A stretch of DNA of 59,289 nucleotides, counting the filler, from Dimargaris cristalligena (Eukaryota), in assembly GCA_003614675.1 (NCBI GenBank). It is 8 parts of 8 records of this genome, joined end to end, with 100 filler letters (N's around TTAATTAATTAA, not from the genome) between each part and the next. Parts side by side here need not be neighbours in the genome. Positions count along the whole stretch, not along the records: positions 44,581 to 51,888 come from ML003429.1; positions 51,989 to 59,289 come from ML003430.1; 6 more parts are not named here. One strand, 5' to 3'. The position numbers and the translations under genes were made by a program. Positions 49,689 to 59,289 of the stretch are shown here, piece after piece (positions within the stretch are counted from its first letter, which is position 1; every line of letters starts with the position of its first letter). A model generated the notes under the pieces. That model saw only the letters and a program-made list of their open reading frames with translations, searched no databases and was not told the DNA's origin.

Positions 49689-50390
49689 ATGTCTCAGTCC
49701 TTTGAAGATCGTTTCAACACCACGGAGACTCTCCTAAAGGAGATGATTGCAGAACGGCAAGGATCAGCGTTGGTCGATCACCAAGGCCAGAATCTCCGGG
49801 ATAAGCAGCTCCCTGATGCGCTACGTAACGTCCCCAGTACCTTCCGTCCTGCCGTCTATGCTCGTGAACGCCAGCCCATCAGTCAGTGGGCCGACTATCA
49901 CCTCCCGTTCTCGCACTTACCCCCGGAGTCCCGAATTGTCCGAACCCATAAGGATACATACGCAAAGGGAATGGCCCTCGAATCCTGTGAGGAGTACCTA
50001 GCGGGCCAAACCCTCCTGTCCTTAATTGTCACTGGATTAGCCTATGCCGAGTCAGTTGATCCTGGGTTTTCCACGGATCCCCATGTGAATTATCTAGTGG
50101 GGATATTGGCTGGTGCTATTGATGGAACTCTGTTATCTCGGTTAACTCTTAATCGGATAAAGGTAACAGAAGGTGTTAAAGCCGCCAATGCCATTTGTAT
50201 GATGGACGACAGTGACCTTGCTGCCAATAGTTCCCTCTGTTTACAAGGACTGATCACCCAGTTTATGTCTAAGAAACAAGATCAGGAAATGGCGGTGGCA
50301 GCTCAGGTTGCTATACGATCACAGAATGTTAATACTGAAAGTGCTAAGGTAAACCCTGCAAAGGGGAAGCCTAGCACTCGTCAGGATTAG
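49689..50390 (+). CDS. ORF1 (gag-like) of DIRS-type retrotransposon
   Basis: 233-aa ORF directly upstream of the DIRS-like RT; assigned by position only. Confidence 0.6.
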   Translation: MSQSFEDRFNTTETLLKEMIAERQGSALVDHQGQNLRDKQLPDALRNVPSTFRPAVYARERQPISQWADYHLPFSHLPPESRIVRTHKDTYAKGMALESCEEYLAGQTLLSLIVTGLAYAESVDPGFSTDPHVNYLVGILAGAIDGTLLSRLTLNRIKVTEGVKAANAICMMDDSDLAANSSLCLQGLITQFMSKKQDQEMAVAAQVAIRSQNVNTESAKVNPAKGKPSTRQD

Positions 50391-50442
50391 CTCCTCCAGC
50401 CCGTCCAAGGAGGGGCCTCTGTATTTACAGGTCAGGTCAGCA

Positions 50443-51700
50443 GTGGACATTTGGGCTTCCTTAAAAACCTCCCCCCATGTTCTCGATTGGATCAAACATG
50501 GGGTTGCTATTCCGTGGAAAGAGGGCCCCCCACCCCCATTCAACATTCCCGAGTCGCCCTTAGCCAGCCCAGAAGAAGTAGGGTTCATGCAGTCCGAGAT
50601 CAAGCAGATGCTGTCAGCTGGGGCAATCCGGGAAATTCCAAAGGGTACCCATATCTCCCCCTCTTTCCTTATACCCCGAAAGGGAGGTGGGTACTATCTC
50701 ATCACCGACTTGAGATACATGAATACATTTTGTCGGTCACGAACTATGCATTACGAGACTTGGGACACCGTCAGGAACTTTATTCGGCCGGAACAGCGTG
50801 TGATATCCTTCAATTTGAAGGATGGTTACATGGCTATCGGAATCCGCCCGAATTTCCAGTGGTACTTCCAAATGTGGTTGCTTGGGAGGGTTTACCAATT
50901 CAATACCCTCCCCTTTGGGTGGACCTTATCACCCTTCTTCTTCTGCAAAATGATGAAGACCTTAACTTATACCCTCAGATCATGGGGGTCAAGTTGCTTA
51001 CCCTATTTGGACGACTATTTAGTCCTCTGCTCCGGTTCGCACATCAGAATGGCAGCAACAGCCAGTCGGGTACAACAGCTCATCTGGACCCTCGGACTTC
51101 GCCCCCATCCCATCAAGTACCAGTGGGAACCCTCTGCTGTGATCAATCATCTTGGTCTGACAGTAGATATCCCCAATCTGCAGTTCCATCTAACCAGCGA
51201 ATTTCATCAAAAGCTAGCTTCCCAGGTCCACCTCTTATTGAGGAAGGCTGCTCAAAGGAAACGAGTTGTCAAGGCCCGCACCCTGGCCTCTCTGACAGGA
51301 CTCATGCAATCAGCACATCTGGTATTCCCTGCAGTTCTTATGTATCTCTGATCAGTTTATACTTGTCTCACTGCAAAAACAAGTTGGGATGCCCCAGTCA
51401 AACTATCAAATGCCGCCTATCGGGACCTAAAACGTTTATTCCAGATCCTCCTGGAGGTCCAGTTAAGCCACCCAATTCCAGCCCCAGTCCGGACCCATCT
51501 CTTAACTACTGATGCCAGTGGCCAAGGCTTCGGGTGGACCTACGATTCCGACCTTGGCCATGGGATGTGGACTCAGGCCAAAGCCCAGCTCCATATTACC
51601 GCTTTGGAACTAATGGCAGTGGAAAAGGCCTTATGCATGAACTTGCAGAGGATAAAGGGTCATTGAATTCGGTTACAAATGGATGCTGTGGCAAGGTGGA
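50443..51700 (+). pseudogene. DIRS1-type reverse transcriptase-RNase H, inactivated and 3'-truncated
   Basis: VLDWIKHG, SPSFLIPRKGG, LPFGWTLSPFFF, YLDD, HLGLTVD. Reading through TGA 51349 gives TTDASGQGFG and HITALELMAV (DIRS RNase H). A second TGA lies at 51664, and the first catalytic Asp reads N (FNLKDGY). Confidence 0.88.
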
Positions 51701-51888
51701 GTGTCCCCTTCATTGCCACAGCTACAAATTATTACTATTTGACTATTATATTTATATACAAGGTATGAAGCGGCTTTTTTGTCTGGTATATCCAATTTTT
51801 TTCCCTTCCCTTTTAACCCATTTCTTCCACACAAATTTTCCTTTAATTTTATTTATATTTCTATTGGTGGATGCATGCTTTCCCTATG

Positions 51889-51988
51889 NNNNNNNNNNNN
51901 NNNNNNNNNNNNNNNNNNNNNNNNNNNNNNNNTTAATTAATTAANNNNNNNNNNNNNNNNNNNNNNNNNNNNNNNNNNNNNNNNNNNN
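51889..51988. other. Artificial contig linker
   Basis: N44-TTAATTAATTAA-N44. Confidence 0.99.
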
Positions 51989-52445
51989 GGGCTTTGCCAT
52001 TATTGGAACCGTCACGGACTCGCGTCTTGTCAGTGCGGCCGGGTTTGTTGGCAGTCTGACCGCCCTTGCCGGCGCGGTCGTCCCGCTGTTTAGTGACACC
52101 GGCGGGGGCAGCCCCGTCGCGCTTGACCTTCCGGGTCCCCACATGCCCCCACTGGCTAACGAATCCTTCGCTAATGCGGTCAATAGTGATGTCGAGATCA
52201 CCGTAGGCTTCCTCCAGAGTACACAACAGATCTTCGTCCGTCCAGGCGGGGAATAGTTCGTGTAAAGTGACCAGTTTGTCAACGTACTTCTTGCGGAGTT
52301 CCTTGATCTCGGCGGCTTCCGAGTCAGTGAACGACTTGGACTGGGATTTGGCCGAGGGCTGGCTACCAGCCGGCTTTGGGCGGCGGTTGTGTTGTTGGTT
52401 CTTGGGGTGAGCCCCAGTGGTATGTGTGGATTTTCTGTCGCTCAT
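51989..52445 (-). CDS. DEF1: Def1-like CUE-domain protein (RNAPII degradation factor), 5' part
   Basis: LRKKYVDKLVTLHELFPAWTDEDLL..LEEA.GDLDITIDRISEG..SQW..V..K matches the Def1 CUE domain. Confidence 0.85.
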
Positions 52446-54326
52446 CTTGAGTAAGCCGACTCTTTATGTGTGTGTGAGTGGATGTGTGTATTGGAGAGGC
52501 TAGCGGGGAGATGGATCGTCCTGTCACAGTAGTGTCAGGCGGGGCGGGTTCAAACGGCGGCGTAGGCGCTGACTGTAAAAAGGCGGAAACGGATGGGAAA
52601 CGCGTTGTGGATCGGGGTAAGGGGAAGGAAAGAATGCATATAGGGATATGAGTGAGCAGATGAGAGTTAGAATCGAACAAGAGGGTTGGGAGGTTGGCAG
52701 GGGGCAATGTGGTCGAGGGTAGGGCGCTACAGTAAAGTACGCAAGGGGGAGTGGAGAGAAAAAGGACCACCGAGTTCTTGTTGGAGTAGCCAGGCTGGGG
52801 GGTAGCCCACCACCACCACCGGACTTTTGGAAAGCGGGCTTGGAACTGGCGTAACTATGCACGCCAGAACTGCCGGGTGCTAGTCACAAAGAACTATTTG
52901 GTGAGGGGGATACGGAAGGCACCAGTCGGAAAAGACCGGCGGGGAACTCAGTTGGAAAGTCTCTTTGGAGAGGAGGGGTGCAAAGGGGGCAAATATAAGC
53001 GGGGTACCAGTCTGCCAGGTCATTAACCCTTCGCCACCCTAGACTTCTCTGCCGTGAAGATGAGGCAGAGAGTATACATTACCACCCTTCGTATAGTACA
53101 CGGAATTCGATCAGCGGGGGGGGAGAGATTGCTCTACCTCCATTCAGCTGGCCGGGCAGGGACTTCCGGTAGGGCCAATGAACCTACTCCCTGGTCAACA
53201 GGGACGATTAACCAAGGGTAAATGGGCAGGATACTTACCGCGGGGGAAGAGGCTATAATAAAAACAAAATACGAGGGAAAGAGTGTGTGGATCAGTCAGT
53301 TGAATACGAGGATAATAGAAATCAAACAGAGATGTAGTCGGAGCGAGAGAGACAAACAGGTACAAAAGACAAGCCGACGCAGCGTGGACGGGGCAGATGA
53401 AAAAAGGTTGGAAGGGCGAGCGCATACACGCCGATAGACACAACCCACACAAGACAATAATAGGAGGGAGTGGCTGGTTGGAGTGGAGTGGTGGAAGGCC
53501 ACCACCCTATTATTTAATACCACCCTATAAGCAAGCATAGACTGATTGAATGCTCAGCCGATGAGAGGGGAACCCAGGAGAAAGCGGCTGCCGCTCCCGT
53601 GGGATAAATTAGCCCTCCCTGCCCCGATATTTAATCCCGCCCAGGTTGATTTTGGTTTGGCTGGCCTCTTCGGGAGGGTGGACCAGCCTGATGACTCGGC
53701 CAATGATCGACGGTGGTGGTAGCGAACAAAACCATTGCATTGTCATGATGCTACTCGTCAAACTAAGGGTACTGGTTGGGTGACAGTCTAGTCAGGTCAC
53801 CTTGCAGGGGGCCCGATACCCGCCGAGGGCGACATTGTCCAACTGAAGTAATACTTGTCAAATGGATCCGTGTAGGTCCCGGACGACCATCCATTAGTCA
53901 ATAAGGCTGATTGACAACTGATGGGAGGACTATTTAGTCAACAAACAAGGTAAAGAGCCCCCCTCCCTTCCCCCACTTTATCCGAGTTTTGTGTCTAATT
54001 ATCTATTGGGTATAGTTATAGCCCAAGGGGTTTTATTGGTATATACATGCTATATTACACTATCATCCATCTGGTTTACTTAATATCTCTAGTTTTCGAC
54101 CTTACAGTATTGTAATGCTTTATTATATTTGCTAGCAGAGCGATCAGGGTTTGGCCCATGCGTTCAGGTAGAAAACCATCAATGTGGGGTGTATGTATCG
54201 CGTACCCACCGCACAGTACTGGAAAACTCCATAAATACAATAAACACTTGGGATGGGCAGGCGACAATGCCAGCAACATGATGCAGCCGACTAATCAATG
54301 AAATAGGGGACGACAAATCGAGCTAA

Positions 54327-55247
54327 TTATTCGTCAAAGAGGGTGCCTTTGGGAAGGTCCCACAGATTATGGTTATCGACCTGTCGCGCTTTGGTGCCAA
54401 TAGTGGTGATTTTTTGGTACTGGGCGTCAGTGAGCTTAAAGTCGCTTTTGAAGTTGTTTTCGATACGGGAGGGGGTCACCGATTTCGGGATCACCGAGGT
54501 CCCACGCTGAAGGCCCCAGGCGAGTATCACCTGGGCAGGGGTGTGGCCGGTTTCCTCAGCGACTTCCTTAACCGCGGGGTCCTCCAGAACACTGGGTTTA
54601 ACAGTTGATCCAAGCGGACAATACGCCGTGACGTGAATGCCTTTGGCCGTGCAGACATCAATTAGCTTCCGATTCGGGTTGTAGGGGTGGACCTCTACTT
54701 GGTTCACCGCAGGGGGGATCTCGGCCACTTCCAGCAGGGTGGTGAGTCGGGGGATATTGAAGTTGGACACCCCGATGTTGCGGACTTTGCCGTCTCGAAC
54801 GAGCTTTTCCATGGCCCTCCACGTGTCCACAATGGAAACGTCGTCCAGCGCGGGCTTACCGTTGGGAAGCTGGGCCGCCGTTTCTAACTTGCCCCCGTCC
54901 TTCTTGAAGGCCACGGGCCAGTGAATCAGATACAAGTCGAGGTAATCGAGTCCCAGCTTGCGCAGAGTTTCGTCGCAGGCCGGACCAACATCCTCGGGGT
55001 TGTGTTCGGTGTTCCACAGTTTGGAGGTGACCCAAATCTGATCACGGGGCACCTCGCTTTCGCGAAGGGCCTCGCCCACCTCTTCCTGGTTTCGGTAGAT
55101 CGCCGCACAGTCGATGTGCCGGTAGCCGATGCGCAAGGCCTCTTTAACAGCCACCTTCACCTTCTCCGGCTCTGAGCGCCACGTTCCAAATCCAACAGTA
55201 GGAATTTTAGCCCCGGAGTTTAGCGTAAATGTGCTATGGGTGGACAT
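54327..55247 (-). CDS. Aldo-keto reductase (Gcy1/Ypr1/AKR1A-like), copy 1
   Basis: GFGTW, GYRHIDCA.IY, SKLWN, LDLYLIHWP, IGVSNF, VNQVEVHPY, VIPKS. Confidence 0.96.
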   Translation of the reverse strand: MSTHSTFTLNSGAKIPTVGFGTWRSEPEKVKVAVKEALRIGYRHIDCAAIYRNQEEVGEALRESEVPRDQIWVTSKLWNTEHNPEDVGPACDETLRKLGLDYLDLYLIHWPVAFKKDGGKLETAAQLPNGKPALDDVSIVDTWRAMEKLVRDGKVRNIGVSNFNIPRLTTLLEVAEIPPAVNQVEVHPYNPNRKLIDVCTAKGIHVTAYCPLGSTVKPSVLEDPAVKEVAEETGHTPAQVILAWGLQRGTSVIPKSVTPSRIENNFKSDFKLTDAQYQKITTIGTKARQVDNHNLWDLPKGTLFDE

Positions 55248-56238
55248 ATTTCGAAATAATAGGGGGAATACAGGTGGATACTAAGTAATGGATCAGAGAA
55301 TTCGCTGAGGTGAATAAGGACCTGTTAAAAAGGGTATATTCAGGATGTAGGGAAACGAAAGTGTTGAAGGGCGAATATAGTATGATATGGTCGAGTTGAA
55401 ATACTAGGTTAGGGTGCTGGTTGCAATAAAACTTAGCCAAAGGAGAGTTGGTGATAGCTAGGGAGACGACACTTATCGGTCTATTTGTATTCTACAGCCT
55501 GATTTAGAGCTAGCCAGGAAATAGTGATTACACCATTTAACTGGGGGGATCAATCTCAGCTTGACTGTCCTCACATGTGCGTTGGTCGTAAATATTAAAC
55601 CTATCCGGGAAATATAAACTGCGTTGGCTGATCATCTGTTCGAGATGGCCGGATGCTTATTAATCCAAGTAGTCGGTCCGCTAGTTTTGACGCCCCGCTA
55701 TACTGTCGAATAGATTTAGGCGACTATCGCCAGTGTGTAGGTTAGCTTGCGGTGAAACCAATTTGATTGCCTCTGAAATAGTTTGGCTCAACCAGTGTGC
55801 GGCTGGGGGGTGACGATACCATGTCGTACACCTGCTAGACTTGTAGTCGTCATTATCGCCTTTATCTTCCATCACTTTTTGATGTTCCGCTACGTATTGC
55901 TCGTTTTGGGTATAATATCACCCGGTCATAAAAAAATGTCGCCAAGCAAAATATACGTTACATTGCTTACTAAGGTCAGTATTGATTCCCACACCAGACA
56001 TCCAAGTATCATTATTTCGATTGCCACTTCCAAAAGCGACGGGAGTGCTGCCGCTGGACTAGGCCAACAGCAAAATCACCCAGTGGCCTACTGACTTTTC
56101 CAGCGAGAATGCACCGTCAAAGCAACAGCAAACGGTTACTAGCACAATTGGCCTCGCAAAAGAAGCTCAGAGTATAAATCAAAAAAAGGCACTCACTATG
56201 CCGAATTTGGCATGACAATAAAATATCACCTTAAATAT

Positions 56239-56374
56239 GGGAGTAGTTCAACAAGGCTATATAACGAAAAATCCTTTTGATGAGGCAAATACTACTGGTT
56301 GAAAATAAACATCCCGCCGATTTTCCCAAACACATATCGGTTAAAACCTTATACAACCAAGCTGATCTTCACCC
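56239..56374 (+). mobile_element. 136-bp MITE-like element
   Basis: ATAT-GGG...CCC-ATAT with imperfect ~30-bp TIR; empty site in the paralogous spacer at 58649-58652. Confidence 0.8.
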
Positions 56375-56746
56375 ATATCTAATCATCCCGCTTGGTAAAA
56401 CCACAGTAATAATCGGTCACCCTAAGCGTAAACGTAACAATAGTAGAGTGTATATATCAATAATGCCTTTGACTTTTAAAATCCACCCTTATTTACTAAA
56501 CACATCTCAATTGTATTATACTTAAAGTTTCAAGTGTTTTTATTGGTTTTGTAGCTGAAGGGGTAGGCCAAATCTTGATCAATAAATCAGCAAATTCATC
56601 AACAGGGATTATGTGGCATAATATCCACCGGCCATACTGAAAAAACCATACACATTTAATAAATAAGCGGAACGAATGACCACTTGTGAAATCACTAACA
56701 AACTGAGCGACTAATCGGTGGAATAAGGGAAATCAAATCGAGGCAA

Positions 56747-57667
56747 TTATTCGTCAAACAGAGTGCCCTCGGGAAGGCCCCACATATCATGAGGCTCGCA
56801 CACACGTACTTTGGTGCCAATGTTGGTAATTTTCTGGTACTGAGCGTCAGTGAGCTTAAAGTCGCTTTTGAAGTTGCTTTCAATGCGGGAGGGGGTCACC
56901 GATTTCGGGATTACCGAGGTCCCATGTTGAAGGCCCCAGGCGAGTATCACCTGGGCGGGGGTATGCCCAGTTTCCTCGGCGACTTCCTTGACCGCGGGGT
57001 CCTCCATGACACTGGGCTTACCGGTTGATCCAATCGGACAATAAGCCGTGACTTCAATACCCTTGGACTTACAGAAATCAATCAGCTTCTGGTTCTGGTT
57101 GTAGGGATGGACCTCTACTTGGTTCACCGCAGGGGGAATCTCGGCCGCCGCCAGCAGAGTGGTGAGCTGGGCGATGTTGAAATTCGACACACCAATGTTA
57201 CGGGTTTTGCCGTCGCGAACAAGCTTTTCCATGGCCTTCCAGGTATCCACGTAAGAAACGTCGTTCAACACGGGCTTGCCGTTGGCATGCTTGACCGACG
57301 TATCGAACTTGTCCCCGTCCTTCTTAAATGCCACGGGCCAGTGCATCAGATACAAGTCGAGGTAATCGATCCCTAATTTGCGCAAAGTGTCGTCGCAGGC
57401 CGGACCGACGTCCTTGGGGTTGTGTTCGGTGTTCCACAGTTTGGAGGTGATCCAAATCTGATCACGGGGCACATCACTTTCACGAAGGGCCTTGCCCACC
57501 TCTTCCTGGTTTTCGTAGACTGATGCACAGTCGATGTGTCGGTAGCCAATGCGCAAGGCCTCCTTCACGGCGTTCTTCACCTTCTCCGGCTCCGAGCGCC
57601 ACGTTCCAAATCCCAGGGCGGGGATTTTAGCACCAGAATTGAGCGTAAAAGTACTATGAGTAGACAT
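56747..57667 (-). CDS. Aldo-keto reductase, copy 2
   Basis: Same length (306 aa) and motifs as copy 1. Confidence 0.96.
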   Translation of the reverse strand: MSTHSTFTLNSGAKIPALGFGTWRSEPEKVKNAVKEALRIGYRHIDCASVYENQEEVGKALRESDVPRDQIWITSKLWNTEHNPKDVGPACDDTLRKLGIDYLDLYLMHWPVAFKKDGDKFDTSVKHANGKPVLNDVSYVDTWKAMEKLVRDGKTRNIGVSNFNIAQLTTLLAAAEIPPAVNQVEVHPYNQNQKLIDFCKSKGIEVTAYCPIGSTGKPSVMEDPAVKEVAEETGHTPAQVILAWGLQHGTSVIPKSVTPSRIESNFKSDFKLTDAQYQKITNIGTKVRVCEPHDMWGLPEGTLFDE

Positions 57668-59023
57668 ACTTTAAACCTGATGAGTAAATACGGGTATTTA
57701 AATAGTTGTAGACTAGAAAACACACTGCAATAAGTGAGAAGTGGTTATCGAGAATATATTCGAAATATAGAAAATCAAAAGAGTTGAACTTTAAAATGGT
57801 GTAAGAGTTGACTTGGAATACTAGGTATGGGTGTTGATTGCAATAAAACTTAGCCAAAGTAGAGGTAGGAGCGATGGCTGGGGAGACGGCGGTCATCGGG
57901 CGTTTTATACTCCACGCCATGTCTCAGGAGTGGCCAAAGAATGGTGGCTACGCCGTTTACCTGGGGAGAGGGGGTCAGCCGTAACTGGGCTATTCTCACA
58001 CGATATTTGGTTGTAAACACTTACTTGCTTATACGGGAAATATGGGCTGAGAATCTCTCCCGAAAAGACCAGACGCTTAGCAATATCCAAGCACTTAGTC
58101 CACTAGTTTTGATACCATCGCTACACCATCCAAAAGATCCTAGTGGCTCGTCATCACTGGATGGGTTGGCTTTGGTTGAAACAAATTGATCGCCAGCCCC
58201 CAGTCTGGCACTGGCTAGGCTAATTATCTCAGTGGTAATCTCACGGTATACCCCTGCTTGACCTATGGTTATCATTATTGACATTTACTTCCAGGGATTT
58301 TTGAATTTCTGCCATATATCTCGCTTTGGGTAAAATATCACACAATCATAAAAAATTATATTCAGAACAGCCTATAATTTCCAAGGTGACAAAGACAGGG
58401 TTTGATTCCCACACTAAACATTTCATTATATCGATTGCTGCATCCATATGTGGTGGAAGTGCAGCTGCCGGAATAGGCCAACCACATAAACCCCAAGTGA
58501 CCACCTGACTTTACCAGCGAGAATGCGCCACCAAGGTAGCTGCGAACGGCTACTAGAACAATCAGCCTCACAAAAATAACCCAGAGAATAAAACATAATA
58601 TAGCACTCGTGATCCTGAATGCGCCCCGAAAATAAAATATCACTTTAAATATCTAACCGTTCCACTTGACAAAAACATCGTAATAGTTAGCCCCATTTGG
58701 AATAAACGTGACAATAGTGATATGTATATATGAATTTCCTATTAGACCATTACTATCCCACCTTGTTTACTACACACGTATCAATTTTTTTATGCTTACA
58801 ATTTCAAGAAATTTTATTGGTTTGGAATTTGAAGGGGTGAGCCAAATCGTGATCACTGCACCGGTAAATCCCATCAACAAGGTGTATGTATCACATACCC
58901 GCCGGGACATGCTGTAAAAACTATATGTATATAATGAACAATTGTAATTAGTGGTCACTAGTGAAGTCAATAGTAAAATGAGTTCGACTAATATATGAAA
59001 AAGGTAATTTCAGGTTGAATCGA

Positions 59024-59289
59024 CTATTCATCAAACAGGGAACCCTCAAGAATGCCCCACATCTCATGGGGTTCGCCAAAGCGTACAGTGGCGCTGAGTT
59101 TAGGGAGTTTCTGGTACTGGGTGTCGGTGAGTTCAAATTGACATTCAAAGTTACTCTTGATACGGTCGGGGTTCGCTGATTTGGGGATCACCGAGGTTCC
59201 GTTTTGAAGGCCCCAGGCAAGTAACACCTGGGCGGGGGTGTGGCCGGTTTCCTCAGCGACTTCCTTAACCGCGGGGTCCTCCAGAACAC
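59024..59289 (-). CDS. Aldo-keto reductase, copy 3 (3' part; the rest is outside the window)
   Basis: [37 protein letters not shown]...GSLFDE*. Confidence 0.92.
   Translation of the reverse strand, partial: VLEDPAVKEVAEETGHTPAQVLLAWGLQNGTSVIPKSANPDRIKSNFECQFELTDTQYQKLPKLSATVRFGEPHEMWGILEGSLFDE

Noticed and set aside
50451-51512. 353-aa overlapping ORF as DIRS tyrosine recombinase
   Set aside because: No R-H-R-Y catalytic motifs recognisable. Overlapping frames are common in DIRS, but no function can be supported.
7357-51988. Regularly spaced TTAATTAATTAA palindromes every ~7.4 kb
   Set aside because: Artificial linkers joining size-sorted contigs; not biology. Gene-cluster inferences across them (e.g. 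NRPS with DIRS or AKRs) are invalid.

Overview
Eukaryotic (fungal) DNA. GT-AG introns, Bem1/Scd2, Def1, a DIRS element, an intronless NRPS and animal-type HPRT and phosphorylase-kinase homologues suggest an early-diverging lineage such as Zoopagomycota; the taxon is an inference. The window is not one locus. It is eight unrelated ~7.3 kb contigs joined by artificial 100-nt linkers (N44-TTAATTAATTAA-N44), so neighbourhoods across linkers mean nothing. Contig 1: peroxisomal hydroxy-acid oxidase, a hydrophobic-hairpin protein, 5' end of ArgRS. Contig 2: decayed repeat, Mic12-like gene, Bem1. Contig 3: phosphorylase-kinase alpha/beta-like GH15 protein with an ILEI-like insert. Contig 4 (22325-29654): no credible gene; a ~6.9 kb strand-polarised array of conserved hairpin boxes at fixed spacing, flanked by an inverted repeat. 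This is the most unusual thing in the window. Contig 5: HPRT. Contig 6: 3' end of a Tpc1-like carrier and a (C)-A-T-E NRPS. Contig 7: nested solo LTRs and a dead DIRS retroelement. Contig 8: 5' end of Def1 and three tandem aldo-keto reductases, with a MITE filled/empty-site pair. All motif counts are approximate, made by eye.
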